A stretch of 64,000 bases of DNA from Tubulanus polymorphus (lineage: Eukaryota; Animalia; Nemertea). Location: the NCBI RefSeq assembly GCF_964204645.1, contig NC_134025.1, positions 27,446,299 through 27,510,298 of the forward strand, written 5' to 3'. Shown here piece after piece: positions 45,389 to 60,337 of this stretch; position 1 is the stretch's first letter, and each line of letters starts with the position of its first letter. Below the pieces are notes generated by a model. It saw only the letters and a list, made by a program, of their open reading frames with translations, was not told the origin of the DNA and searched no databases. A program made the translations under genes and the position numbers.

Positions 45389-47708
45389 CCGCGAGCGTGT
45401 TGATTATAATGAGAATGGGGGTGATGTTTCCCCTGGTGGGACAATGACTTTCCATGTTTAACCATAACTGAATATGAATATTACACTTATTATACACACG
45501 GTGCTCAAAATGGTTATCGCGGAGGTGACCATGAATTGCCAAATATTTGATATTGTGTACGAATTAAATCATTCACAGCCCACTTAGTGCTAGATAAGGA
45601 TTTTTTCTCGAGACATGATTTTAATAAAAACTAATTAGCGGAACATATTTAGCCAATTTTGCGTTTCAGATCTTCGTACCTACCTAGATTATTTCAAGGA
45701 TTCAAATATGAACGATTGGCCATAGTAATCAAGCATGTACATGTGTATGTAACTGATGTATCATTTAAATAATTCGTTAGTTGACAGTATCCACACATAC
45801 TGTCACCTTCTATTCTTTACTGATACACTGCCTTACTGCGAGACATTTCTTCTGTAATCGGTTTCTTCAACAAAATTGAAACCTTTATTTCAAAATTGGC
45901 ACAGCATCTGAAATTCTCTAATGACTTTTCTCTGATTGAAAATCTACGTTCATCTCCGCCGTTCCCTCGCTCTTCGTCTTCTTCGCGCTAGAGCCTAGAC
46001 ATGTGCGCATTTCATCAGTATTGTAATAAAAGAACCGTAAGACGAGGGAAGGATGTATTAAACCTGGGAAAATGAAATTGTTTATGTACGATATGTGTGT
46101 TATTGATTGGTAATGATAGATACCAGTAGATAAAATTTGAACGAAATTCGATGTCCTCTAGCCGTGCCACCGTGTACTAGATTTCTCATTATTTTTCACT
46201 GATGATTTAGGAGTGGCTGGCTACAGTAGACAGAACACTCCGCTTAGTACGAGTCGAGGTTAATTCAGAAAACCAATAAGAATATAATTTCTTGGAAAGA
46301 CTCTGAGTCGGATGTATTGATTGAATTATTCCGTTGTGATCATCTGGTGATATTTTTCGAATTCATTTTTATTTAGTTTAACGTCCATCTTGTGTATGGA
46401 GTGATGATATTCAGTGTAATACGATTTGATTGTAAGTTTGATTATTTCTATATCAGTTTTTCCTTTTTCGTCGATTAATATTTTTCTTAATCAGATCTCT
46501 ACGAATTCCATCTATTCGATGAAAACCTTTCGACGAATCAACTTCGTATTGGTTCATATCTGCATATTCGTTTGGTAAACTTACGATATCATGAACCAAA
46601 ACGTTAGATTTTCTTCTTTTTTTTTGGTTTTTACTCTTGGGTTTGCAGAGACATTATGATTATGAAAAAAAAACGTTTTATTTAGTATTTGGCTTATTAA
46701 AGATTCTGTTACAACATTATAACGTAACTTTTATTCGAGAAATATTTCATTGATTAGAATGCTTGATTATATTATGAACAATTTTTATTACATTTAGTCG
46801 GGGAAACATTAAGAAATATTTACAATGCAAAGGTGAAACTTTTGATTTTTTTCTTATATTGCCTGATCTTGTGTAAAAAGTTCAAATATTGTATATGCAG
46901 ATAATTAATATACTAACTTTTCATAAGTAAACTGGAAGTTGTTTGTCGATTATTCTTTTTGTTCGCTTTTGGGTTGGAATTCGATCATGTTAACATCAAG
47001 TTGCGATAGGAGGAACTTTTCTATCACTATTTTTGAAAAAAGCGTTATCTGATTTTGAGGAAGCCACTGTTTTCATGATCGCTCTTTTATTTCATATCTT
47101 ACAGAAACCGGTATCGACAATAAACCTTCAGTAGATGAGACTGATGTGCAACGAAGTAGGTACCCGGTACATGAACAGAACATATCTTACAATCTGGTTT
47201 TCTAGAGCTAGATACATAGGAGACATATCCATGAAATCGGCTACTTGACCATTTGATCACCAATCACAGAAAGTTTTAATATAAAAATTGCCGCTACTGG
47301 AAGAAGCTTTAACTATAACAAATTATCTTACTAGGATTATGTATTAGGGTGGGTCTCCGTTCTAAAATACAGTAGAATACAAATGTACAAATGATCTGTA
47401 CAGTTTTGAAGGTCCATCTCCTGAAAACGAGCACCAATGGGAATAGGGTTACATGTATAAAATGCATCAATACTAAGAAGGCTTAGCAACACCTGAAGAA
47501 ACAAGAATCAAGTATTCAGAGTTTAGAATTCATCCTTCGTCTCCACAATTCACATTTCACCATTCATTTGCCACAGTCGTTCGTTCCAGCAGGTGAAAAG
47601 AGATTAAGTTTATCACGCACACAAGCCAACGATATTTGATATATTCAAAATCTGCATCAAGAGAGACGAGTTATTCAGTCAATTCTACGAAGTGATCCAA
47701 CCGGGAAT

Positions 47709-50700
47709 CTAAACTGCTCCGGTATCACGACGACGTAATCGACGATGACTTGTATTTTCAACGCATAAAACTATTAGTGGTATATTACAGCTTATCTCCT
47801 CTTCATCGAGAAGTCTATGTTTCATTAATGAACTTCCCATACCGGTTTTTCTAGTACTTTGCGATCTCCACTCATGGCAATACATTTTTGTGTGGCGTAT
47901 ACCACGTTTATCAGATCCATGCCAAATCATTTTCATCGGCCTAAAAGAGAAAAGCAAAAAATCAAAGAATCTATTACCAGTGAGAGGGCACAAAACAGTC
48001 TTGCTACCCCGAAAAATACGTACCATGAAGCGCTTTTCAATACATCTTGGCCATCAAATGAATATATCGTGGCCTGTGTGTTCATATTTCCCCTGTTACC
48101 GTCGAATATTTCTGTCCAATTTGTGAATAAAAGCTCATCCTGAAAATATGAGATAGTTCACACGTAATCGTACATGTTTATACGTGTAATTGTACATGCT
48201 ATATAAAATCAATTGTGACATCAGCTTACTTGTGAATTTACAATTGGTACTGCTTTATCGTCCTTCAAATAAATAATTTTCTCCAAATCTTGCACCTTCG
48301 ATGACAGGAATGCCCTGAACGTTGTTTTCATGCCAGCTCGTCGAGCTTGTTGATGACAAAGATAATCTGCTCTGTGAACGCCACGCATGTTACCGTTTAG
48401 AGGCTCATTCAGAGCAACCAGATGAATCTATGATATATGATAGTGATTAATCTTTCGATTTAGACGTTTTTGACGTCAAAACGTGATCAGATAGTATTTG
48501 AAAACCTACCCTCGGCCCTTGGACCTTTTTACCAACTGCAATGTCTCGTAATGGTTGATACGTCGGTGGTGTTTGAGATGTCAACGGCTGAAAATATTCA
48601 GATTGGAATGAAAAGCCGTAATTCAAATGAACTGTCGTTTGTTTATCGTCAATACTTTCAAAAAGTGATTTATCTGAATATTCGATGTAACAACACGACA
48701 GAAGATGTCAACACACATGAATAGCTAAAATATACATGCAGACAGGGGTTAAGTGACATTAGCCTACAGTCACACCGTGAAATCTAACATGGTTTTGAAG
48801 CATCTAAAAGCAAATTACAAAAAAACCTTGATTTCAACAGCAGAACACACGACAAATTTGATGTTTTTCTTATGACAACACATTTTCATGCAAGTTTCAA
48901 CCTAGTAAGAACAGGCGTTATCGCAGAATCATAATGCAGTACAGCAACAAAACGAAGAGTTCAGTCGTTAGTTTATGTTAGTAATTGAATCCTCTCAGAG
49001 AAAAGAAATGTGTAGTGTGGCCACGGGGATTTAAATAAATATATATTTCTAGAAAATCCGATATGAGATTGGTGTGAAAAAACAAACTAAAACGAAAAAG
49101 GTGCGTGTATGGTAAAAGTGGTATTTTTGAGAATGGTGATCATTACCGTGAGGCGCAATGCTTCGCTATCAGCCTACAAGTCAATATATACATGTATAGA
49201 TGATAAACATGAAAATGCGTTGATGATGAGTGATATATTTTGGGAGGCCGTTGTGATGTTAAGTTTGAAAATATCAGTCACACGATTCAAGTGTGAATAT
49301 AAATAAACGAACATTTCATTATATAATACACGCTGTCTCCAGTTACGGGGTAATGAGGAAGGGCTTGGTCAGGTAATATTACTAGAATCCCGTAACTGTA
49401 GATATACACTATTCATTTTCTATATATGGTAATACTATGTATAATATTAATAACGGTATATAATTGACATGGAACATACCATAATTCATATCAAAATTTA
49501 AAAAAAACTACTAGTAACATACCTGTGGTCTAGGTGGTAAAGGTACCGTCTCACCCAACTTAAAATATACAAGGTATGAATATATGTCTATAACTACGAA
49601 TAAAACTTATTTTTCAGCATTTTTCAAAGTTTTGAACTTACCAGTATTTTTTGCCATCCTTTCTCTGATCGGATCCACAACATTCGATAGTCGAGAACAT
49701 AAACAATTGTGCCAACTGGTAAAGTGTGTGAAATATCTCGTAGTTCATTCTGATCCCTTACAACTACAGCCTATAAAATGAATTTTGTATGGATTTACAA
49801 TATTTGATTGGATTATCATAAACAGATCATGTCTGATTACTTCTGCCTCGGTGATAATGAAATGTAAAAACATTTAGCGTAAATATGATTAAATAAGCCC
49901 AAAGTGTACTAACAATGTAGTGTAGATTTGCTCGAAAATATTGTAAATTTGACAGAATTTGCTGCAAGTGCAGTCCCGTATGCATGGACGAAAGCTCAAA
50001 CTATAAGCAACCTAGACAAATCAAAAGCATAACATGCATCCTTTCCAATATCTTAAGATTGGTCACTGCTCTAGAATTGTTAAGAGCAAGATGGCAAAAT
50101 TGGAATTAACTCGTAAGTCCTAATCGTGTGATACCACCGAACAGTTTCGCTGCCTGCAAAATCTGATACAATATGCTAAAGCTATTATGGCAAGCTCTTT
50201 CTAGGAAATAAATTCAATACCTGTGCGTTTGGGAATTTCTGTAAAGCAAGTTTTGAATTTCATCAAATCAATGATATAAAGTTTAACGCTATTTGAAAAC
50301 TTCACTCGTATGACATGCATATTGAATGGATATATACGATACTTTCAACGAAACACCATAAGGCTATATTTGTTACACGAATTCAAACTTAAGGACAAAA
50401 CAATATGTGTTAATCATAAAAAATGTAGCACCCCTATAAATACTCACCCCTGGAGCAACATCTTTCACAATCTTGATAGTTTTACCCGCCGGTCCTGGGG
50501 GCCCAGGAGGTCCTGGTGGACCTCGTATAGGCCTACTGATAACGTCATTGATATCATTTCCACTAACAGAAACGCTCTTTCCTGGTGGTCCAGGTGGACC
50601 AGGAGGACCTTGAATACCAGAACCAGGCGGGCCTCTCGGGCCCATTGGTCCAGGTGGTCCTTGAATCGATAATCCTGGCGAACCCTAAGATTTAGAAATG

Positions 50701-53700
50701 TAAACTTGAAATAAAACTTGATTATCGAAATGACTGAAGTAACTGTTAATTGGTATTTTATTCTTACATTCTCTCCTTTCGGTCCTGGAGGTCCACGAAT
50801 AACTGACCGACCACTGACATCATTTCCATTATTTGGTAGATAAATGACTTCACCTGGTTCTCCTTTTAATCCAGGTTCCCCTAAGTCACCCTTCGGTCCT
50901 TGAATTCCAGGCAAACCAGGAATACCCTGGGAGCCAGGTTTCCCTGGAATACCAGGCTGTCCTTGGGGACCAGCTATTCCTATGAAGAAAGTTAACTTCT
51001 ATTGACTTATCCAAAATAAAGAAATTCAGCTAACTACGATCTATTGTAGCAAACATTAGAATTTTGGAAAAACGGTTGTAATTTAATTAATAAGTTGATA
51101 AAATAGTTTTACCTCTTATTCTGTTCCCATCATTTCCTTCAAAAACCTATATTTTCATAAACAAACGTTGTGTTAGTGTTAACATCAATTCTAAGTGATG
51201 GAGTGAATAGATCAAAATAATCATTTTATCGACAATTAAGTAAAGACTGCTTACAACTTGTCCTGGGGGACCTGGTTCACCTCGATCACCTTTCAAACCT
51301 CTGGGTCCCATAATAGCAAGTCCTCTGCTTCCTTTGTTTCCGGGAATACCCGGTACACCCTGGAATTGATACGACATCGAAAAATCATTTTGCAAAAATG
51401 TTTTGCAAATATCATGCTCAGTAAGTATTAACGAATTCACGGAAAGAATATAACATACAGGTAATCCGGGCATTCCAATTTCTCCACGTCTTCCTCGATT
51501 ACCATCTCGTCCCGGTATACCAGGAACACCGGTGTCTCCATGATCACCTTTTATTCCAATGCTAATTTTATTGCAATCCTGGTTACAATCTTTACCGGGT
51601 TCACCTTTCATGCCTCTAGGTCCCTAAACAAAAATATCAGGAAATTGGAAGATACGGTAATACAAGAAAAAACGAAATAATTGATAACTTCTTGTGCTAC
51701 CTCTATTCCTCGTGGTCCCTGTACGCCGGGGGCACCAGGATAACCGTCTTCTCCGCGGATACCTCTATCTCCTTTCATCCCATCCACACCTGGCACACCG
51801 GGAGTACCCTATTCGATATAACATATGTATTATCATAAGCAAGCAGCAGGCTCATGTAATGAAAGTTTCAAATGATGTGCTGTAGACTTACAGGGTCACC
51901 AGGTATTCCCTTTAGTCCTGGGATTCCATCGAGTCCAATCGTACCGTTCGTTCCCGGAATTCCATCTGCACCACTATCTCCTTTTTCACCTTTCAGCCCT
52001 GGCGGAAGCTTCATAGATTCTAGTTTAACTTCGCTTTCGCCTTCACCTGATCCAGATCCTATTTCTAATCCTAAGCTGGACCAGGGCGATTTCGGACAAG
52101 ATGGTCCTGGTGGGCCTGGTAATCCTCGTCCTGGTGGACCAGTGTCTCCCTAATTGAATATCAAAACTATATTTCATAACGATTGACTAAGGTGTTGAAT
52201 ATTATATTGATTCTGAGCGCTCCTTACCTTTAAACCAGGGACACCCGCGGGTCCTGGTAATCCATCACTTCCAGGAATTCCTGGCATACCAGCTTTTCCT
52301 GGATCACCTCTTGGACCAGCAGGTCCAGTAATGCCATCGAGTCCCTGATAAACAAAGGAGTATGATAAGACATACGACATAAAAGAATCATTTTCTCTAT
52401 GTTTTTATTCAATTACTAACCACTTCTCCTTTTTCACCCTTTGATCCATGTGCACCTTTTGATCCTTTAACGCCATCAGGCCCCATCCTTCCCATCATAC
52501 CAGGAAATCCAGGTTCTCCTTTCTGGCCAACCATTGTAAACTCTGCATCACCTGATCCTTCGGTATCCATGATTCGAGACTAGAATATATCGACCAAACA
52601 TATAGAATTTCTTACAAAAATAGAATACATATTTAGATATTACCGGAAAGCAAAGTTGAACATACTGCACTCATTGGTGATCCCGGTGGTCCTGGGGGAC
52701 CAGGAGGACCGGGATTTCCGCGATCTCCTTTATATCCTTCGGGTCCAATTGGTCCTTCGTCACCTTTCTGCCCAACAGCTCCTTTCATTCCATTCACTCC
52801 AGGTTTCCCCGCCACACCAGGAACCCCCTGTTGAAAAAGATACGTGAAAACTGAATAATGGGAAACAATTTGTCGAAATTTATGGCTTCTACCAAGATTA
52901 GCATGACATGCTGAAGATGTAAGAATGAATCTGAAAATGTAACTGGTGCTTACCTGTTCACCGGGATCCCCTGCAGGTCCTTGGCTACCAGGATCACCTG
53001 GGAATCCACGCATACCCTGAAATATAGATAATTCATTTAATATGACGAAGCTTTACTTTGAAATCTAAATTATCAGTTTTCAGGATATACATGTATAATG
53101 TAACAGTTATGTTATTCGTTATCAAAATTCATATCATACCGGTATGCCAGGAATTCCGGGTGGACCCATAAAATCTGTAAGATTCTTGATTAGATCTGAC
53201 ATATCACCTGAATATAAAGATGAAAACGAATAGTTTCTAACGCGTCCTGTAATTAATCATTTCCCTCCAGTACATTTACAAACTATACATAACTGTACAT
53301 ACCTGGACGTCCTGGCGGTCCCATTGGTCCCCGTTTTCCGGGAGTTCCAGGAAGACCTATCGGACCAGGTGGACCACGGATTCCAAAGCCAGACCCTTCA
53401 ACTTCGGTGAATCCATCGATGCCAGTCTGACTCATGAAAGATGGACCAGGGGGACCTGGTAACCCTGGAGGCCCTATTGGTCCTATCACAGTTGAACAAT
53501 TACCCTTTTGAAAGAAAATTTCAATGATGCTTAGAACTTAATTATTTCAAATATCTTACACAACAGCAACATTTCCTTTTGTTCAAAATATTCGAAATTA
53601 CCTGTAGTCCTGCAGGTCCGGGCAAGCCGGGGGGTCCCATCAATCCTCTATCTCCCTTCTCCCCTTTAGCTCCATAGCCATCACTGATGATATCAGGTGC

Positions 53701-56700
53701 CTTACCAGGTAGCCCCGGTGGCCCCTGTATACTCAAACCAGGAGGTCCACTTTCACCCTTTGAATAAAAAGAGTAGACTTACTTTTCAATGGCTCTGATT
53801 ACATAAATTGAAAACATCAATTTGAAATTTGAGATCTGTATTGAGGAAATGCACTCTACTGCACTCCATCGGCAGGTGCACTGGCAATGTAAAAAGTGTT
53901 CTGCCTGATTTTGCTCTGAAGCAAGGATGATGTTAACCTGATCATTGATCATTAAACTTGCAGTGAGATACAGGTGTAAGTTGCGGGCGGGATGGTGAAA
54001 AATAGTTTCTGATATATTTTAAGAACAATAACAGAGTTTTCCCAGGTAAAATATTTACCAACATAATACTACTTTATTGACAAATATCTAAGAAATAATA
54101 AGTGGGTATAATGCCACAGAACCTTGAATTCAATCATGATGTTCTTATACTTCTTCCCCAAGTAAAGGTCAATTTGTTTGTCATTTTGAGTAATTTTTCT
54201 ATCGTTTCATTCCGCACTAACTTACCCTTTCACCCTTGTCTCCCTTTTCACCTTTGATACCAGAAATATTGGCTAGTTTTTGAATATCATCTGAAAGAAA
54301 CACAAAATCCCCACTAAATCGATGAGGATGAAAATCAACTTTTGTTCCACATGATGAATTATTACAAAAAATTGGTGCCACGAATACGTGGTTCATATGT
54401 GTTAATTAATGCTAGGTTGTTTTTAAGACTACTGCGTTTACTGGAATTTTAGTTTATGTAAATGGGAGGTTGTTATTTGACACTTATCCTAATATGACAT
54501 TCTACGTTTTGTTTCACGTTGTTCATTGATATAATGCATATGGAACAATCTGTCATAGCACATTACAACTTGCTACGATATGTACACCCATCATAGCAAT
54601 TTGTTCTATTAATTGATACATTCCTCAAGTATATTTATGTGAGGTTTTTATAGACCATTTATGTGAAAAAAGACAGCAATTTGCATAAGAGTTAATGGAT
54701 ATGTTACGAACATGTTACACTCCGACTATAAGTGTATAGGCTAATCACTCTTTACTTTATCGTAAAAATTATTGATTCCGTATATCGTCTTATCTCGGTT
54801 GTACAAACTTTTGGGGGTATTATTAAAATCGTAGGATGTGCGCTATTTACAATGCGAAATGAAAGGGAATACTGACGTTTATAGAATACTGATGGTGGGA
54901 TTGGCGGCGGCGGTGTCGTCATCGTCAAACCCATTAATTCATTCATACCAATATCAGTATCTTCATCCCGAGTATCACCTGTCAAATTCTGATTAGAAAG
55001 ACGTAGATCATAAGATTTAAGTTTTTAAGCCGCAACATGAAATTAGAGTTTCATACTTACTGCATTTTCGGTAAAATTCTGATTGTCAATAATCTCCGAG
55101 GGTTTTAAATCAATATCAAGTTCTAAATCATCGTCACCCCCTTCCTGATCCCTGTCTCCACTACCTTCCACAACGACCACCGGTTTCTACAATAAGAAAC
55201 AAAATCGAAAATAAAACACACAAAACCAGGTTGATTTGAAATCCTTAGAATCTTTATTTGATATACGAATCATTCATATCATTGATTTGGTATATAATCA
55301 TTTGTCAAATGATTACTCCGAGGTTAAAGGGAGAAGAATAAATCAGCAAACATAATTCATGCTTTAGCCACCATATTAATTCATGAGTATAAATAGGGGG
55401 TGGTTTGGTCGAGAAATAAAATGATCGATAGAATTTAATTGGTAGGGCGATGTTTGGAATTGATTGAAAATGACAGTTGTATAACATCAGACAGAGAAAT
55501 CATGGGGTTTGTATCGGATTTCCAGCGAAAAGAAGAATGAAATTATCCAGGAGTCCTCGATAGAATCGTCCCAGTTACTCACGCCAAGACCCTCAATTTC
55601 TATAGGACTAGGGGAGGTTGGGTCAACAATGTCAACTTCAACCCACCCATCCTCTCCCACATCCTCATCTCCATCAACACCGTTCTCTGTGAACGGTGGC
55701 TTTGCTAATTTTTCCTGTTTGAAAAAGAATAACAATGAGAGGGATAAAACTTTCGAAATTTGAGAGCGTTGCAGATTTTAAAAATTTAGATAAATGAGAC
55801 GAAACCCCGCGATGTTACAAATTAGGTCACCCTCTCCAAGAGTCACAATAAACATTCAGCAGACCTAACTGACGAAACAATTATATAAAAAGACAGACAA
55901 AACATAAGCAATACTCAGACTCCAGATGTACAGTAGCCAGAGGAGACTTTTTCATCTCAGACAACTATTAGGTTTAAACACACCATCGTATAATACAAGT
56001 GAAGAACTATGTAAATACATATAGTGACACTCTAAGTAAACTAATCACACATGAAATTAACTAACACTTCAGAAGTCCTGATGATATTTTTCATATTACC
56101 ACCGAATTAAGTAAACATTATGTTAGATATGAAGCCTGTATATTCGGTTTACTTTTCTTGAAATTGTGTATATAACGCTGAAAAAATGTCCTTTTGATAT
56201 GGTTACTGAGTTGGGTTTCCGGTGTATTTTGCGCAGCATTTAGCAACAGACAGTGCCAACATAAAAGCTAAAGCAAATCTGTATGATTATAGTGAGGAGA
56301 TGAATAACTTTTTCAAACCTGAAAAAATTATAGAACAAATGAAATACGACTATACACTACTGACCTTCTTTTTTTCGTCTATTTGACATTGTCTTTTGGC
56401 AGCCGTATGATCGGAGTATAGTTTTAGTTGTTGAAAAGCCCCCTGTAAAAGTAATAGTACGTATTAAATTATAAATCCCATGCAGATCTATTTATTACAT
56501 TGTCGGTTTCATTTTTGCGCACTTAACGGATCCATTCTACTACGCAGCGTATGCGAATTTTTCCCACCTTATATAAAACACGTAAACCGGAAAATTTATA
56601 GGATGCGGCTGTAGTTAACATTTCCTTAGTGTAAAGAGGTTTTCCACCGCAAAAATGTTCAAGTTGCAGGTTTTCTTTACTACGAACGAACTCTCACACG

Positions 56701-59700
56701 TTTACCATCAGTTTTTATATTCTTAAAAACTCTATGAATAACAGTAGGCAGGTCCTGAATGAACGATGTTCATTGAACTTCGTTTTCAAAAGTATTTTCC
56801 CAGTAGATTAGGTTAAAAGTGCCAACGACTGTATACAAACCTGATACTCAAAATTTAGAAGAAAAAATGGATAGAACAAAAGTAGGCACTTATGCTTTTC
56901 ATAAATATAGATGAACCGCAGAGAAAACTTGTTATCATGATTTTATCATCTTCACTTAGTTCGTGGTTAATATCTGAAGGTTAGGCCAAGAATGTCTGGT
57001 ATGGCTGATAGAATTAAGTAGAAATAATTGCCATGAGTATAACAAGTCGTAGTGTCAATGTAATGTAGTAACAGTTGATTTTCAATCAGGTAGTCGGCAA
57101 TATATCAATATAGTCGTATTGATAATGATGGTATTTATCTCAGTAAATTACCACAGAACCGGATTAAGCCAATATTTGTGTACGTCGGAACAGTGTACTT
57201 GTCTACGGTTTATCAGACACATTCTCTGGAAAGTAATTCACATCGCCAGATTTTGAACGGAACTGTGAGCTGTTGCTAACTATATAAAAACTTCGACAGT
57301 ACTTACATTGTACGTACTTATTTCTGTGAACAAAAAACCACTACAACCACTTGAAAAACGCATTAAAAGTTCGGTCAAATAGCTAATATATCATATTTGA
57401 GGTGAAAAGGTTACTTGGTCAAGAGGTAAATCAAACTAATCAATGTTAATTGAACGTATTAAAAGCCCTATAGTAATGCACTGTAAGATGATATAGTTAT
57501 TACATAGATTACAAATGAAAGTTCTATTTGCTTTTGTGGAATTACAATCACTAAAGTATTCATGAAATCGATATTTTGTGAAACGAAACCTGAAATCCAG
57601 AGGCGGATCTAGGGTCTGATTCAACCAAAATATAGGGCATATCATACAAATAAAAGGGAACCCAAAAAGAAAGCTCATCGGAAAACATTAACTCACTTTT
57701 GGAAATACAGAGAAACAAAGTTATGAATTTAGGACTTTTTATGTATCAATTTATGTTTTTCCCGTTAAATTCAGGGCAACTTGACATTCATAGGAGATGC
57801 GTACCCCTGCGCCCTGCACGTGTATCCACCCCTGAAATCTAAGATCACTTAAAGCTTAATTTAAATACTCACCAGAAATCTCCCTTTAATCCCCTTTCCA
57901 CTTTGTCCAAGGAATAATGTTGAATCGGGAAATGTGAGTGGAATAGGGGTCCGAGTCACGGTTTCTTGTGCATATAGTTCGCAATTTAAATACAACGTAA
58001 TCACATCACCAAAACAACTAATCGCAAAACGGTTCCATCTGTCCACTAAATTTGGAACTCGAAAACGCGCTAACGGTTTTTGTTCTTCTCCCGAATAATG
58101 TAAATTAATCGCGTGTAGTCCATTGCCGCCTTCGTTGATACTGATCCCGAATTTTAAGTTTCCTAAAGGATCCACTATCGAGAATAGGAAACCGCCTTGA
58201 TGTTCATCGAGATTTACCGTCATTAAAATCGCGAAATCGGTAAATAATGTGAAGTTATTCGAGATTATTGCTGCTGAATGTTGAATTCTGGTATTTTGAG
58301 TAAATTTGAACGCGGGCAATCCTTCTTTGCCCTTCACGTATTGTATTGTCTGGTCGGGAATACCGATGACCCGCAGAAGATCAATCTCTTTTTCTGAAAT
58401 GATAAATTGCACGTTCGTTTTTCAAAGCAGTTTTTCAAAGCAGGTTTTGATGTAGAACAGGAGTTTACATGTAGAACTGTTTGCATGTTTTTTTACATCC
58501 CAAAGAAAACGAATTTCAACCTGTTTGCAATGTGTATATATAACAACTATGAATTAAAATAATTACTCCGATAAGTGAAACATATTGCTGAATTAGATAA
58601 TTTAGTAATTAGTGGTTTCCACATTATCGACGACCTTAATTGACGGATTACCTACATTCGGTATTCCGCATTATGGATTTGTGTGTGAAAAGAAAGACAG
58701 TATATCGAGCTGCTGGGTGGGCGGGTATCTTTTAGCCAAGATGTTGCTTTTTAAGAATACACGTGCAACAGATTTACACGTCTGTAGCTATAACTTTTAT
58801 CACGTCTGTTTCCAGACAAGTTAATTTCCACACACGTTTAGCCATTGCTGCCCGACAACAATTCTCGTATGTTTTATCTTAACTCGTGTAGTATCGAATA
58901 TTATATTATATCATATTCATATATTCTAAGTTCAGATATGTTATATGATATAATGCCACTGTATCAAGTGCCACAATGTACAAACATTTCCTCAAATGGT
59001 GAGAAACTGGTCAGGGCTCTTGACCCGAGGAAAGTCCACATAACGATCATTGAGATAAAATAAATATTTCACCCTGAACATGTTCCTCAACAGCTACTTG
59101 TCTTTGAATGAATTCAGAAAGTGCCTTTATTTACTTTTTAATCCGATTCAGCAGGTTTTTTGGTTCACACGCAGGCGTGGTAGGAAATAAGTGTGGTTTT
59201 TGTGGTTTCTGTGGACGAAGTAGTAGAGATTTCGGAAATACATTGATGTGATCCCAATGTGATTCATGGAAAGAATAAACCGTGAATCTTTTTCAACCAA
59301 AATGCAAAAACCCAGAACTTCCATAATGTGTAACGATGAACTCGTAACAAGGATCAAGCAGAGTTTAGGATCAAACTGTTGACGTAGTCCTTCTACATCA
59401 TCGATATTATAAATATTGATAAATACTGAATGTTACAGAAGAAGCTAAACCAGATTTGTTGATTTTCACTCAAGGAATACATATACTTTAGCTTTAGGCG
59501 CAGTAAATGCGGGCAATTTAATAAACGATGTAAGAAGAGCTTCGGAAATCAGTCTTTATTGGCAACTGAGAAATAAGTACCGAGAATCGTGTTTACGGTG
59601 AAAGCTATATTCGAAATTTACTCGAATGTGGAGAAGTTTATCGTGATTGTAACCCCACTCAAAACATACATGGCGGCTGCTTTCCAGCAGGTTCCTTTCA

Positions 59701-60337
59701 CACGACTGAAGCTAAGAATAAAAATCAGAGCTATACTGTTCGTAGAGACCTAGCGTATCGATGTTATGACTCTTTTTTATCAATCTGAATGCTCAAAATT
59801 CAATTAACCGTATAACATTCTCTAATAGGGCTAATCTTATGAAAAATGCCTCGATTCATTAATATACACCGTTCATAAAAAGTTGCTTACACCAGAAAAG
59901 TTCCAGATGTTCGCACCGTAAAATATTTCCAGATGAAACTATAACGGAGATTCGTGCCTCATTTACAATCAAAGGGGTTACTGTATAAACTCCCTAAGTC
60001 AATCTATTCTCTGAGGAGTTGTTGGGCCGAAATTGGTGATTTTATCAAAATACTTGATATGTATTGCGTTTTAGCAGTTATTCATTTTGAAGAAGCTGAG
60101 AAATAGACACACCTGACCCGCAATCTGGATGCAATGGATGCATGATACGAGTATAAGGCATCTCCATTCCGTTAAAATCTACACACCAACACTGTTCGTG
60201 ATTGCACTGCATTGGTTCAAAAGCACCATTTTTGGTACATGTTATCACAAATGAACTGATGATGTCACGGTTTACTACTTGTTGCCTCAACGCTTGACAG
60301 CGAGTCAGCTTCCCAAAGTTGATGGGAGAAACCGTGG
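47709..60337 (-). CDS. Multiplexin (collagen XV/XVIII-like): [thyroglobulin-1]-TSPN/LamG-interrupted collagen-trimerisation-endostatin; start exon unresolved (possibly ~60825 or ~62480)
   Basis: TSPN exon 58393-57873 ([29 protein letters not shown]); acidic EGSG glycosaminoglycan-type sites; many GXY exons ~54290-50447; endostatin exons ~48427-47709 ([38 protein letters not shown]). Confidence 0.93.
57598..57834. mobile_element. Small hAT-like MITE in a multiplexin intron
   Basis: Imperfect TIR CAGAGGCGGATCTA / TGTATCCACCCCTG; AAATC directly repeated on both flanks (CTGAAATC if the terminal CTG is included). Confidence 0.55.

Noticed and set aside
50310-52847. Pro/Gly/Arg-rich plus-strand ORFs
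   Set aside because: Antisense shadows of the collagen GXY exons.
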